A model generated the notes under the pieces. It saw nothing but the letters and a program-made list of their open reading frames with translations, was not told the origin of the DNA and did not search any database. A stretch of 63,249 nt of DNA, filler included. It is 9 parts of 9 records of this genome, joined end to end, with 100 filler letters (N's around TTAATTAATTAA, not from the genome) between each part and the next. Parts side by side here need not be neighbours in the genome. Positions count along the whole stretch, not along the records: positions 1 to 7,874 come from SRR31156797_13976; positions 7,975 to 13,952 come from SRR31156797_13986; 7 more parts are not named here. The stretch is one strand, 5' to 3'. The translations under genes and the position numbers were made by a program. Below, one piece after another: positions 1 through 10,353 of this stretch (position 1 is its first letter; every line of letters begins with the position of its first letter).

Positions 1-1416
1 ATTTCTTTTGATTGATTGAACAATTGTAGAGATAGCTGAATCTTGTCCAAATACTCTTTTTTGCATTCTTTTTTCAAGATTTTTAAGTAAAGAGATATCA
101 GATTTAGTAGCTGCTTTAGATGGTATATGAGCCATTTTTGCAACTGTATCTTCTATATCCTTTTGTGTAATAGCTATATTCTTTTTATTAACTGTTGAGT
201 ATTCTATTTTTTTACTAGCCCCAACCTCATCAATAACATCTATAGCACTATCTGGTAAAAATCTATCACTAATATATTTTTTACTTAACTCTACTGCAAC
301 TTCAATTGAGTTTTTATTGTATTTAACCCCATGGAAGTCTTCATATTTAGATTTTAATCCTTCTAAAATAGTAACTGCATCTTCTATTGATGGTTCATTG
401 ATATCTACTTTTGCAAATCTTCTACTTAAAGCTTTGTCCTTAGAAAAATCATTTCTAAATTCACTAAAAGTTGTAGCACCAATACATCTTAGTTTTCCAT
501 TTGCCAACATTGGTTTTAAGATATTTGACGCATCCATTGAACTTCCGCTAACACTTCCTGCACCAACAATTGTATGTATCTCATCAATAAACAAAATTGA
601 ATTAGGGATTTTTACTATTTCTTTTAAAAGTGCTTTTAATTTCTTTTCAAAGTCGCCTCTATATTTAGTTCCTGCAACCATAGAACCCATGTCAAGAGAG
701 AAGACTTTTGCATTCTCTAAAAACTCTGGAACTCTTTTGTTTGCAATCTCTAAAGCTAGACCTTCTGCAATTGCAGTTTTACCAACTCCTGGTTCCCCAA
801 CTAAAATCGGGTTGTTTTTCTTTCTTCTACTTAATACTTGAATAACTCTTCCAATCTCAAGTTCTCTTCCAATAACAGGATCAATCTCACCTTTTTTAGC
901 AAGTGCTACTAATTCTGTTGAGTTTTTATCAAGAACTTTATTGTCTTTTGAATCATCATCTTTGTTTTCTAAGTCATCAAATTGTTCAGAGTCTTCTTTG
1001 TGAGAAATCTCTTCTAAAATATCAACTCTTTCAACTCCTGCAGATTTTAAAACAAATGTTGCATAAGATTTTTCATCTTTTAAGATAGCTACAAACATAT
1101 CTTCAACACTTGCATTTCTTCTACCACTACTTTGTGTATGAGCAACCATATTTTCAATTGTTGAAGTTAGAGTTATTGTTTCAACTGGCTCATCTTCAAT
1201 ATTTTCTGGGAAAATTGGTGTATTCTCATCAATATGTTTTTTTATATCGTTAAATATTTTATTTTTATCTAACCCCAAATCAGTTAATAGATTATCTATA
1301 ACCTCATCATGAATAAGCATTAAAAAAATATGTTCAATTGTTAAATATTCATGTCGACTTTTTTTCGCGTAATTTACAGCTTGTGCAAAAATATTTCTTA
1401 GTTCTTTACTTATCAT
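1..1416 (-). CDS. clpA: ATP-dependent Clp protease ATP-binding subunit ClpA (3' part runs off the window)
   Basis: Not in the ORF track because it is open at the window edge. Minus strand reads MISKELRNIFAQAVNYAKKSRHEYLTIEH..., later VLSRRKKNNPILVGEPGVGKTAIAEG (Walker A) and LFIDEIHTIVGAG (Walker B). Its ATG overlaps the clpS stop (TAATG). Confidence 0.96.
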   Translation of the reverse strand, partial: MISKELRNIFAQAVNYAKKSRHEYLTIEHIFLMLIHDEVIDNLLTDLGLDKNKIFNDIKKHIDENTPIFPENIEDEPVETITLTSTIENMVAHTQSSGRRNASVEDMFVAILKDEKSYATFVLKSAGVERVDILEEISHKEDSEQFDDLENKDDDSKDNKVLDKNSTELVALAKKGEIDPVIGRELEIGRVIQVLSRRKKNNPILVGEPGVGKTAIAEGLALEIANKRVPEFLENAKVFSLDMGSMVAGTKYRGDFEKKLKALLKEIVKIPNSILFIDEIHTIVGAGSVSGSSMDASNILKPMLANGKLRCIGATTFSEFRNDFSKDKALSRRFAKVDINEPSIEDAVTILEGLKSKYEDFHGVKYNKNSIEVAVELSKKYISDRFLPDSAIDVIDEVGASKKIEYSTVNKKNIAITQKDIEDTVAKMAHIPSKAATKSDISLLKNLEKRMQKRVFGQDSAISTIVQSIKRN

Positions 1417-1715
1417 TACTCTTCTTCCATTATCGCTTTTAAAGGGAATCCCTTTTCTCTAGCTAAGGTTTTAACCTGAGCCACTTTGGTCGTCGCAATC
1501 TCATGAGTATAAATTCCACAAACATCTTTGCCATTGTTGTGAATATTTAACATGATTTTTGTAGCTTGATCCATATTTTTTCTGAAAATGTTAGTTAAAA
1601 CGTCAATTACAAAATCCATTGTCGAATAGTCATCATTCAATAAAAGTACTTTATACTTCTTTGGTTCTGTTACTTCCAAATCGTTATCAAGTTCAATTTC
1701 TAGTTCGTTTGCCAA
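1416..1715 (-). CDS. clpS: Clp protease adaptor ClpS
   Basis: YKVLLLNDDYSTMDFVIDVL...IHNNGKDVCGIYTHEIATTK...GFPLKAIME motif; directly upstream of clpA; GAGGT SD before TTG. Confidence 0.97.
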   Translation of the reverse strand: MANELEIELDNDLEVTEPKKYKVLLLNDDYSTMDFVIDVLTNIFRKNMDQATKIMLNIHNNGKDVCGIYTHEIATTKVAQVKTLAREKGFPLKAIMEEE

Positions 1716-1852
1716 AATATACCTCTTTTTAATTTATTGTTGTATATATTATAACAAAAAAGAACTAATGTAAGTAAAACAATTTGTTTATTATATATTT
1801 TAAAGTTTTTTTTATTTACATTAAATGAAACTTATTTGAAGGATTTTTAAAG

Positions 1853-2461
1853 ATGAAAAGAGTTTTTGTAACTGCTACAAATACTGATGTGGGAAAAACT
1901 TATGCAAGTGAAACTATTTTAAGATATTATGCAAAACAAGGCAAAAAAGTTGGATACTTCAAACCTTGTGAAACTGGGGTTATACAAAGCCCACTAGATG
2001 GTTCAAAGATGCTAAAACTTGTAAAAGAACTTAACCCAGATTTTACTGCAAATATGGAAGATGTTGTACCATACCAATTTAAACTTCCAGCAGCTCCATA
2101 TGTAGCTAAAAATGATACAGATATCAGTCTAGATTTTCTTATAAAAAAAATTGAATATTTAGAAACTATGTGTGATTTTTTAGTTATTGAAGGAGCAGGA
2201 GGACTTTTAGTTCCTATAAAAAAAGATATTTTTATAATAGACTTAATTAAAAAATTTGAAGCAAAAGCTATTTTAATAGCTCCATCAAAGTTAGGTTGTA
2301 TAAATGATATTTTATTGTCAATTGAAGCACTTAAAGCTAGAGATATTGATTTTAAATGGTATATAAATCTTTTTCAAGATAAAGATAGTTTTGATGAAGT
2401 TTCAAAACCTTTCTTAGAGGATTATTTCGGAAAACTTGACTTTCTTCATGAGTTGCAATAA
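1853..2461 (+). CDS. bioD: Dethiobiotin synthase
   Basis: FVTATNTDVGKT P-loop, KPCETG, VIEGAGGLLVP, LGCIND motifs. Confidence 0.95.
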   Translation: MKRVFVTATNTDVGKTYASETILRYYAKQGKKVGYFKPCETGVIQSPLDGSKMLKLVKELNPDFTANMEDVVPYQFKLPAAPYVAKNDTDISLDFLIKKIEYLETMCDFLVIEGAGGLLVPIKKDIFIIDLIKKFEAKAILIAPSKLGCINDILLSIEALKARDIDFKWYINLFQDKDSFDEVSKPFLEDYFGKLDFLHELQ

Positions 2462-2469
2462 GCAACTCA

Positions 2470-3651
2470 TTAGATCTTGTCTTTTATTTTTTTGTAATAT
2501 ATTGCAAAACCAAAAAAGCCTAAACCAATAATTGCTGTGATCCACTCTAAAGAGATTAGGTTTGCCATAATTCCAATAAAAAATGTAGTAGCGACATTTG
2601 ACATCATAAAAATCATATCATTATATGAAATTACTCTCCCTAAATATTTATGTTCAACTTTTTCTTGAATCAAAGCATAAGTGTATGACCAAATAGTTGT
2701 AGTAACAAAACCTGTTAAGAAAATTGCAATTAGTGCAATATAAAAATTAAACTGCAACATCCCCCAAAGAATTATGGCAAGCCCTTGGAAAATAAAAATA
2801 TAAGTTAAAGTCTCTTTGTTTACTTTGTTTGTGATAAAAAATGGTCCTATCATTAAAGCAATAGCTCTAACTGCATTTGTAATACCAATCGATAAAGGAA
2901 CTGCAATCACATATTTATATTCATTTTTTGCTAGTAATGTAACTAATGTATCAAAAGATGTAAGTCCAACAGAAGCGTGTAAGAAAAGCAAATGAAGAAC
3001 AAGTTTGTTGTTTTTTAGATACATAAACCCATCTTTTATCATCGAACTTATTTTCTCTTTTGTATGTATAATTTCAACTTTAAACTCAATATTTAAAAAC
3101 AAAATAATTGATGCAACAAAAAATAATGAATCAATAATAATAGAGGTTTTAACTCCAAATGAGTTTACAACTATTCCACTAACACCCATACCAGCTGCAT
3201 AAGTAAAAGACCAAATAATAGAGTGAATCTCATTTGCTTTTTGTAAAGCTTCCCCTTTTATTAGCTTGGCAAGAAGAGACATCTCTGTTGAGAAGAACAT
3301 AGATGAAGCACCCATTCTAATAAAAATAAAAATCAATAACATCCATATTTCACTTTTATCATCAATAGTTAAAAATAAAAGTGTCATTATAAGTTCAGTT
3401 AGTAAAAGTGTAAACATCAAGGGTTTGATTCTAAACTTATCTATAATTGCACCTGATAAAGGAGCAATAACTATTGCAGGAATTAAATGCATAGCTGTAA
3501 CTACTGAGATAGCTAGAGCTGAAGAACCAAAATTTACAAGCATTGTATAGATTGCTACATTTGAAAACCAAGCTCCAAAATATGCTATAAATTGAAGTAA
3601 AGACAATTGTCTTATTACGGGATAATTTGATAATAAACTACGGTAAGTCAA
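2470..3651 (-). CDS. MFS transporter (DHA3/macrolide-efflux-like)
   Basis: 393 aa, about 12 hydrophobic segments, GAIIDKF motif A, YLGRVISY near the C-terminus. Confidence 0.85.
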   Translation of the reverse strand: MTYRSLLSNYPVIRQLSLLQFIAYFGAWFSNVAIYTMLVNFGSSALAISVVTAMHLIPAIVIAPLSGAIIDKFRIKPLMFTLLLTELIMTLLFLTIDDKSEIWMLLIFIFIRMGASSMFFSTEMSLLAKLIKGEALQKANEIHSIIWSFTYAAGMGVSGIVVNSFGVKTSIIIDSLFFVASIILFLNIEFKVEIIHTKEKISSMIKDGFMYLKNNKLVLHLLFLHASVGLTSFDTLVTLLAKNEYKYVIAVPLSIGITNAVRAIALMIGPFFITNKVNKETLTYIFIFQGLAIILWGMLQFNFYIALIAIFLTGFVTTTIWSYTYALIQEKVEHKYLGRVISYNDMIFMMSNVATTFFIGIMANLISLEWITAIIGLGFFGFAIYYKKIKDKI

Positions 3652-5347
3652 CTCTAACTAGTACCTCTTGAAAAGTTGCAGAATTTGCTACTTCATCACA
3701 CTTAAAAGGTGTTAAGAAGTTAGCTTTTCTGTTCCCTGCGTAAGTAAGAACGCAATTTTGTTTGATATCTTCATTTAAAGCTACTTCAAATAAAGCTTCA
3801 CCATAAGAGCTAGAAACTTTTACTAAAGTACCCTCTTCTATTCCTGTTACAGGATTTAAATATATTTTGTCATCACTTACAAATTGAGAGTTTAGATTTT
3901 GTTTTCTTTTTGTAGTAATAAAAAAGAATTGATTTTCTTCTCTTTTTTCCTCTAAACTTTCAACCTCTAACTCATCTATAAATTCAAAAGTATTAAATTT
4001 GTGAGATTTATCAGGTATTGAGTCTCGATAATAATGAAGTATCTCTTCCTCTTCTAAAATCTTTTCAAAGCCAAACTCTTTATTTAAAAATTGAGTCAAT
4101 TCATATTCTGTAATTGTTTCACTATCTTTTTCTTCTACTTTATATGAAATCGCTTTTAAATTATGTCCATAAGATAATCTAACATCACCTTTTGTTAAAA
4201 AGTTTGGTGAAGGAATTATCAAATTAGCATATTTGCTTGTTTCATTTTCAACTGTACCAAAAAATACAACAAATGATTTTGCTAAGCCTTCAATCACTTT
4301 TTTTGTATTTGGTGCACTTACAACTGGATTTGCTCCTTGAATAAATACAAGTTTATATTTAGAAAAATCTACTGTTGGAAGAGGAATCTCTTTTTTTGTA
4401 TTAGTATCAAAAGGTTTAGTATATCCATAAGAAGAATCATCTAAATACCAAACTCCTCCATTATCTTTATTGTGAAGTCCTAAAAATGCTCCAAAAGAAT
4501 CAACTGCTCTTATTATTTGGGCACCTTCAAAATATTTTTGAACTCCAAGCCCCAACATAATAGCAACTTTTTTACCCTCAATAATTTCAAAGAATTTTGT
4601 TATATCTCTTAAGTCTATGCCAGTTATATTTTCATATGCAACTAAAGGTTTACTTTGGGCTAACTCAAAAAATTCTTCTGAATTAGTTGAATAATTTTGG
4701 ATAAATTCACTATCTTCTAAATTTTGCATATGAGCAAACCTAGTTAACAATAATGCAAGTTCGTGATCTGTTTTTGGATTAAGTTGTAAGTGTAATTGGC
4801 TTTTCTTAGCAATATCAGTTTTAACTGGGTCGATTGTTATAAAAGTTTTATCTTTAACTAACTTATACATATGTGGAGAGCTAATTGAAAAGTTTCTTCC
4901 CCAAGATATTATAACATCAGCAGAAAGTAGATTCTCAATAGGAGGATTCACATTTTTTCCCTCTCTTCCCATCTCTAATCCAGTTGCACCTATTTCGTCA
5001 CATAAACTTCCTTTTGTACAAACAGCATCATGTTTTACAAAAAAAGATTTAGTAGTATGTTGCATTACACCTAAGTTTCCTGCACCTCTATAATACAAAG
5101 TATCATTTGCATCTGTTTGTTTTAGTTTCTCTACCAAAACATTTAAAGCATCATCTAAAGGTATTTTTTCACCATTTAAAAATGAGTTTTTTAAATAAGG
5201 CTCTTTTAATAGATTTGCAAAGTTAACACAAAGTTTTCCCTTTGTAACTTTATGCTCTTTACTTCCTTTTAATACACCATTTTTAAAAACTGCCTGACAA
5301 GTATCAAAACAATCTAAAGGACATGCTACTTGGTTATTTGAATTCAA
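3638..5347 (-). CDS. Molybdopterin-dependent oxidoreductase (DMSO reductase superfamily, uncharacterised)
   Basis: N-terminal ACPLDCFDTC...GKLC 4Fe-4S motif, WGRN, IDP..T..AK, QGANP and a C-terminal molybdopterin dinucleotide-binding region; no Tat signal. Confidence 0.85.
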   Translation of the reverse strand: MNSNNQVACPLDCFDTCQAVFKNGVLKGSKEHKVTKGKLCVNFANLLKEPYLKNSFLNGEKIPLDDALNVLVEKLKQTDANDTLYYRGAGNLGVMQHTTKSFFVKHDAVCTKGSLCDEIGATGLEMGREGKNVNPPIENLLSADVIISWGRNFSISSPHMYKLVKDKTFITIDPVKTDIAKKSQLHLQLNPKTDHELALLLTRFAHMQNLEDSEFIQNYSTNSEEFFELAQSKPLVAYENITGIDLRDITKFFEIIEGKKVAIMLGLGVQKYFEGAQIIRAVDSFGAFLGLHNKDNGGVWYLDDSSYGYTKPFDTNTKKEIPLPTVDFSKYKLVFIQGANPVVSAPNTKKVIEGLAKSFVVFFGTVENETSKYANLIIPSPNFLTKGDVRLSYGHNLKAISYKVEEKDSETITEYELTQFLNKEFGFEKILEEEEILHYYRDSIPDKSHKFNTFEFIDELEVESLEEKREENQFFFITTKRKQNLNSQFVSDDKIYLNPVTGIEEGTLVKVSSSYGEALFEVALNEDIKQNCVLTYAGNRKANFLTPFKCDEVANSATFQEVLVRVDLP

Positions 5348-6041
5348 TTTTAACTAACCTTGAAAAGTTTGTAGGCTTATCCACTAAAATTTCAACTTTA
5401 TACGATGAGATATGTTGTGTATCTGCTACATCATATATCTTATTAATCTTTAGATTAGTTTTTTTATCATCTAAATATATAGTTTTACCTTTTACACTTT
5501 CAATATCAGTAATAGGAACAAAGATTTCAAGTTTGCCTTTACTTAAATCTTTTGCTTCATAAAGTAAAGTTCCAGGAGTAACATAATCCCCCTCTTTTAC
5601 AGAGATATTATAGATATAAAAGTTTTTTTCTACAAGTTTTTTGTTTTTGATATTGTCTTTTAGATTTGCAATATTGATTAAAGTATCAGCTTTTGTAACT
5701 TGAAGATTTACCACATTTATTTTTTGATTGTCTTTTTCAAAACCTGATTTAGAAGTAACTTTTAAAAGTCTTTTATAGTTTCTGTCTTGTATCTCAATCA
5801 TCTCATTTATAGCATCCAACTTCTCTAATGATTGTTCTAAGTTTACTCTATCAACATAAGAATCAAGCTCAATAATTTTTGTATTTTTTGCTTTTTCACC
5901 TTCTATTTTATCGTTTGAGAAGATAACTTTTCCACTTACTGCTGCTTTAATCTCATAACTTTCAATTGGTTCTAGTTTTGCATAAAATTCATTTGCAAAC
6001 ATTGCATAAACTGATAAAAATAAAACTACTAAGTATCTCAT
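5334..6041 (-). CDS. HlyD/MFP-like periplasmic adaptor protein
   Basis: Signal peptide, EIKAAVSGKVI and VKEGDYVTPGTLL lipoyl half-motifs flanking a coiled coil. Confidence 0.75.
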   Translation of the reverse strand: MRYLVVLFLSVYAMFANEFYAKLEPIESYEIKAAVSGKVIFSNDKIEGEKAKNTKIIELDSYVDRVNLEQSLEKLDAINEMIEIQDRNYKRLLKVTSKSGFEKDNQKINVVNLQVTKADTLINIANLKDNIKNKKLVEKNFYIYNISVKEGDYVTPGTLLYEAKDLSKGKLEIFVPITDIESVKGKTIYLDDKKTNLKINKIYDVADTQHISSYKVEILVDKPTNFSRLVKIEFK

Positions 6042-6050
6042 AAAACCCTC

Positions 6051-7511
6051 TTATATTTTAATCTCTTTTAATCTATTTAAAATCTCTTTTTTCAAAGTTT
6101 TAAACTCTTCATCTTTTTCACATCTAAAAATCAAGTCATCTAATTTTGTATCATGTTTTAAGTATGGTAATAATACCTTGATTAATTCATTTTTTGTTTT
6201 AGTTTTTTTAACTAATTTATTTAATGGCGTATCAACTTTAGTTTCATCTTTTTTGCCACTTTTTATAAATTTATAAAAAGCAAATAAAAGTAAAGAAAAA
6301 ACTATTCCATACAAAAAATACTCTATTTTTTCTTTGTATGATATTTTTTCAACTACAATTTCTTTTTGAACCTCTTGTTTTTGTGGTACTTGCTTCTCAA
6401 GTTGTACTTTTTTTGTTTTTGTCTCTTCAACTTCAATTTCATATGAATTTGTATGTTTTGTTATAACTTTTTTAGTCTCTTTATCAAAGTAGCTAATACT
6501 AATTGCTGGTATAGTAATTGAGTTATTAGGAATGATTGAGAATACTTTTGTATATCTTCCTTCATATCCATTTTTTGTATACTCAGTTTTTATCTCTGGT
6601 TTATTATCATAAACTGTTGTATTTGGAATATCTAATTTGATATCTTGTATATCATCAAAGTTTCCTACACCTTTGATATTAAGCTTTAAAGCTACTGATT
6701 CACCTTGTTTTATTTTTGTTTTATCAAGTGATGAGTCTATATCAAAATTTCCTATAAGGTTTACACTTTTAGGTAAAGCTTCAACTTCAAAATTTAATTT
6801 ATTTGAATATACTTTTTCAACTTTTGGAACTGTTGTAAAAAAATTAAAAGCAGAATTTCTATTTGCTTGCATCATTTGAACATCCACTTTTAGTGGTTCA
6901 ATAGTTAGTTCACCTGCTTTTTGAGGAAATAAAAGAAAATCTAATTCTTGTACAACATAACCATTTTCTTCATATCTTTGATTAGAATTAGTTAAACTTT
7001 TATACCAAAAATCTTTAAAATGTGGTTTAGCAAAACCTAAATTAGTTATCTGTAAATCTTTTTTATATTTAAATACAAGTTTTACTAATAGTTCTTCTCC
7101 CACATAAAGTTTATGTTTTGAAGCTTTTAAAGTTAAATCAAAATCTAAAGAGTTAGTTTTATGAACTATTTCTTGCTTTACAGTTTTCTCTTTTGTATAT
7201 ACAACTTCCCCTGAAATCTCAAATTCTAATTTAGGAATTGTAAAGTCTTTTGAGGGAACAAGAACATATCTTTTTGATGTTTTTTCATCGTAATTACCAT
7301 TAATAATTTGTAAAGACCTTGAAGTTCCTTGCCCTTCAACTACATATCCATCTATTTTATCAATTTTAGGAAATTTTATTGAACTACCAACAGCTTCTAT
7401 TTCAAAATAGTAAGGCTCCCCTTTTACGAAAGTATCAGGTGCTTTTAAAGTTACATCAGCATATAGATATAAATTCAAAAATACAAATATAACTATTCTA
7501 AAATATTTCAT
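6051..7511 (-). CDS. BatD-family protein
   Basis: Signal peptide, repeated beta-sandwich units (LYVGEELLV, LFPQKAGELTIEP, IGNFDI, IKGVGN, IPAISISYFD), C-terminal TM helix. Confidence 0.75.
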   Translation of the reverse strand: MKYFRIVIFVFLNLYLYADVTLKAPDTFVKGEPYYFEIEAVGSSIKFPKIDKIDGYVVEGQGTSRSLQIINGNYDEKTSKRYVLVPSKDFTIPKLEFEISGEVVYTKEKTVKQEIVHKTNSLDFDLTLKASKHKLYVGEELLVKLVFKYKKDLQITNLGFAKPHFKDFWYKSLTNSNQRYEENGYVVQELDFLLFPQKAGELTIEPLKVDVQMMQANRNSAFNFFTTVPKVEKVYSNKLNFEVEALPKSVNLIGNFDIDSSLDKTKIKQGESVALKLNIKGVGNFDDIQDIKLDIPNTTVYDNKPEIKTEYTKNGYEGRYTKVFSIIPNNSITIPAISISYFDKETKKVITKHTNSYEIEVEETKTKKVQLEKQVPQKQEVQKEIVVEKISYKEKIEYFLYGIVFSLLLFAFYKFIKSGKKDETKVDTPLNKLVKKTKTKNELIKVLLPYLKHDTKLDDLIFRCEKDEEFKTLKKEILNRLKEIKI

Positions 7512-7874
7512 TAAAACTCCAATGTTCCTTCAATAGAGAAGTTAGCTTTAGAATCAAGTTCTGCATGGGATAATACTGCCATTTGTAAACCAAATTTTTC
7601 ATATATCTCTGCAATTCTTTTTCTTAATACAGGGTCAACAATCATAGCAACATTTGAGAAGCCTTTTTTCTCTAATTGTTCAAGTAATGCTTTTGTTTTT
7701 GTAACAAGATTATTAATCTCTGCAATTGAAAGCATCAACTGAGAAACTCCATGTTGTTCTTGAAGTTTCCCAATAAATTGCTGTTCAAGTTCTGGTTTAA
7801 TTGTAATTATATGTAAGGTTCCATCTGTGTCTTTAAACCTTTGGGTAATAAGTCTATATAATTTACTTCTTACA
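7511..7874 (-). CDS. flhA: Flagellar export gate protein FlhA, C-terminal fragment
   Basis: Frame open to the contig edge: VRSKLYRLITQRF...IKPELEQQF...VDPVLRKRIAEIYEKFGLQMAVLSHAELD, typical of the FlhA/FHIPEP C-terminus. Confidence 0.88.
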
Positions 7875-7974
7875 NNNNNNNNNNNNNNNNNNNNNNNNNN
7901 NNNNNNNNNNNNNNNNNNTTAATTAATTAANNNNNNNNNNNNNNNNNNNNNNNNNNNNNNNNNNNNNNNNNNNN
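7875..7974. other. Artificial contig spacer
   Basis: 100 nt of N with a central TTAATTAATTAA (stops in all six frames); composition changes across it. Confidence 0.98.
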
Positions 7975-8040
7975 AAAACTTTTGCAAAAGTTTTCCCCCT
8001 CTGGACTCCCCCTTTCAAAACCTTTTAATAAGCTTCGCTC
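7975..8040. repeat. Palindromic REP-like intergenic element at contig end
   Basis: Perfect 20-bp palindrome AAAACTTTTGCAAAAGTTTT (7975-7994) followed by CCCCCTCTGGACTCCCCC; assembly breaks here. Confidence 0.55.
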
Positions 8041-8096
8041 TGTTATGAAAAAGCGGCTTTCAAAAATTTGTATATAAATCTTTACCTGTGGATGTC

Positions 8097-8822
8097 TTAC
8101 TTGGCAACAAACGGACAATACTCAACAGCAGATTCAGTCAGCAAATTATCTTTATCAAACAAAATCACAGGCGGTTCCAATATCAGTCCCGGCTTCCCGC
8201 CTTTCACTGCCTCAAGCATTACTACTTTTGATGGAGAATCTATGCGCCCGTGGATAAATTTCATACGCTTGGGTTCCAACTTGTGTTGAGTGAAGGAATT
8301 GACCAACTCGCTTAGCCGGTCGGATAGAAAGACAAAACAAACCCGCCCCCGATTACGGACCATGTGTGAGGCCGTGGCAACAAATGCATCGAGATCGCAA
8401 TCAACTTCGAAACGAGCCTTGTTTCGGGATTCGTCCGGGCAGGATTTTCCCCTGCCCTCGCTACGGTAGGGCGGATTGGAAACAACCAAATCATAACTCC
8501 CGGCGGGCACAAAATCCGGTTCGCAAACATTGCCCTGCACAATTCCAATTTCCTCAGCAAAACCCAGACGCTGTACATTCTCTTCCGCAGCCGCAACCAT
8601 TTCCGGATTAATTTCCAGACCGGTAATGGTCAGCCCTTTATTAATATGATTCAGCATAATACCCAGCGGGATAACTCCGCTTCCTGTTCCGAGATCAAGA
8701 ATTCTTGCATTCTTAGCGACAGAAACAAAGCTGCTGATCAATAAAGAATCTGTGGAAAATCTAAAACCGGATTCCGGCTGCACAAGTCCACGAGGAAAAT
8801 AATTACAGGCTTCTTCGGACAT
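8097..8822 (-). CDS. tRNA1(Val) A37 N6-methyltransferase family (TrmN6/YfiC-like)
   Basis: QPESGFRFSTDSLL, LDLGTGSG SAM motif, VSNPPY, ARFE, LEPKR. ATG at 8822, just after the murJ stop, is preferred over the track start at 8867. Confidence 0.88.
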   Translation of the reverse strand: MSEEACNYFPRGLVQPESGFRFSTDSLLISSFVSVAKNARILDLGTGSGVIPLGIMLNHINKGLTITGLEINPEMVAAAEENVQRLGFAEEIGIVQGNVCEPDFVPAGSYDLVVSNPPYRSEGRGKSCPDESRNKARFEVDCDLDAFVATASHMVRNRGRVCFVFLSDRLSELVNSFTQHKLEPKRMKFIHGRIDSPSKVVMLEAVKGGKPGLILEPPVILFDKDNLLTESAVEYCPFVAK

Positions 8823-8823
8823 C

Positions 8824-10347
8824 TTAACCCCGTCTACGACGCAAGGCATTAACCAGCATGATTGCATCTTCAGATCTCAAAAGAAGAGAACCACCACCGT
8901 AAATAATCATCCAAACCGGAATCAAAGCGAACCATAAAATATCATACCTAGCACTATACCACGCCCCTGCTCCAATCAACGCACTGAGCAAAACACTCTT
9001 TGCCACGCTTACAAAGGGAAGCGGAAACAGACCAGTCCTACGGCCCATGATAATGGAAAGCAACAAACAATTAAGCATGGACGAAATGGATACCGCCAAG
9101 GCCAAGCCAACATGGGCAATATGCTGCATAAGCATATAACCTACGCCGACATTTACTAACAAACAAAGAATGGCAACCTTAACCGGGGTCCGGGTATCTT
9201 CCTGCGCATAAAAAGCGGAAACCAGCGGGCGGGACATGGCAATAAACGGTAGACCGATGCCATAAGCCATGAGGGCCTGTGCAGTGGAGTTTACCGCCTG
9301 AGAATCAAAAGCCCCGCGCTCAAAAAGCAGACCGATGAGCGGCTCTGCAAGAGAAACCAATCCGGCCATGGCGGGCAAAGAAATAAACAGGATCAATCCC
9401 ACGCTCTGTTTGAGAGTCTGGGCAAAATCATCATGCTGCCCTTCCACATAAAGTCTTGCCAGACTAGGCAGGGCCGCAGTGCCCACAGCGATTCCGAACA
9501 CACCCAATGGGAACTGCACCAGACGGTCAGCATAATAAAGATAAGAAACCGACCCCACAGGCAGGAAAGAAGCCAGTAGCGTACCGAGAACCACGTTAAT
9601 CTGATAGACTGCCGCGCCCAGCACCGTGGGCAACATAAGCTTACCCATGCGCTTCACGCCGGGGTTATCAAGCTCAGCCTTGCCGCGCCAATGCAGCCCG
9701 ATACGCTTGAGATAAGGCTGTTGAAGCAACCATTGTAAAAAGCCACCGATGAGCACGCCCCAAGCCATAAACAATGGTACACTGTTCCCGGTAAAATAAG
9801 CGATAAGGGCCGATCCGATCAGAGCCACATTGAGCATGCACGGGGCCAGTGCCGGAGCCAGAAAATGGCCCATACTATTAAGGATACCCATGCAGAGCGC
9901 AACACCGCAAATAAAAATAACATAAGGGAAACAAACCCTTACCAGACTAACTGTAAGTGACATCAACTCCGGGTTAGCGCCGAATCCCGGAGCAATGAGC
10001 AGGACCAAATATTTTGCGCCCCCAATTGCCAGTACGGTAAGCGCACCGAGAATGAGCAGCAGCCAGAGCATGGCGGATCTTGCCATTTCAAAGGCCGCAC
10101 CTTCGCCCTTTTCCTTGCGTACCCGGCTGAAAACCGGGACAAAAGCCATGGTCAAAGACCCTTCCCCGAACAGGCGGCGCAGCAGGTTGGGAATACGAAA
10201 AGCCACAAAAAATGCATCCGCAGGCAGGCCTGCGCCAAGAGCGAACGCAACAATAAGGTCCCTGACAAAGCCAAGGACCCTTGAAAGCAAAGTCGCCCCG
10301 GCTACTACCGAGGCGTTGCGGACTATTTTACTGGATTCAGCGGTCAT
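8824..10347 (-). CDS. murJ: Lipid II flippase MurJ (MviN)
   Basis: SRVLGFVRD, DAFFVAFRIPNLLRRLFGEG, LYYADRLVQFPLGVFG, FYAQEDTRTPV. Confidence 0.97.
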   Translation of the reverse strand: MTAESSKIVRNASVVAGATLLSRVLGFVRDLIVAFALGAGLPADAFFVAFRIPNLLRRLFGEGSLTMAFVPVFSRVRKEKGEGAAFEMARSAMLWLLLILGALTVLAIGGAKYLVLLIAPGFGANPELMSLTVSLVRVCFPYVIFICGVALCMGILNSMGHFLAPALAPCMLNVALIGSALIAYFTGNSVPLFMAWGVLIGGFLQWLLQQPYLKRIGLHWRGKAELDNPGVKRMGKLMLPTVLGAAVYQINVVLGTLLASFLPVGSVSYLYYADRLVQFPLGVFGIAVGTAALPSLARLYVEGQHDDFAQTLKQSVGLILFISLPAMAGLVSLAEPLIGLLFERGAFDSQAVNSTAQALMAYGIGLPFIAMSRPLVSAFYAQEDTRTPVKVAILCLLVNVGVGYMLMQHIAHVGLALAVSISSMLNCLLLSIIMGRRTGLFPLPFVSVAKSVLLSALIGAGAWYSARYDILWFALIPVWMIIYGGGSLLLRSEDAIMLVNALRRRRG

Positions 10348-10353
10348 TGCCCC

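Noticed and set aside
317-1088. Plus-strand ORFs 317-841 and 903-1088
   Set aside because: Antisense shadows of clpA
7927-8118. Track ORFs that run into N spacers (here and at other junctions)
   Set aside because: Their ends are set by the artificial TTAATTAATTAA linker; this one merely translates the palindromic repeat
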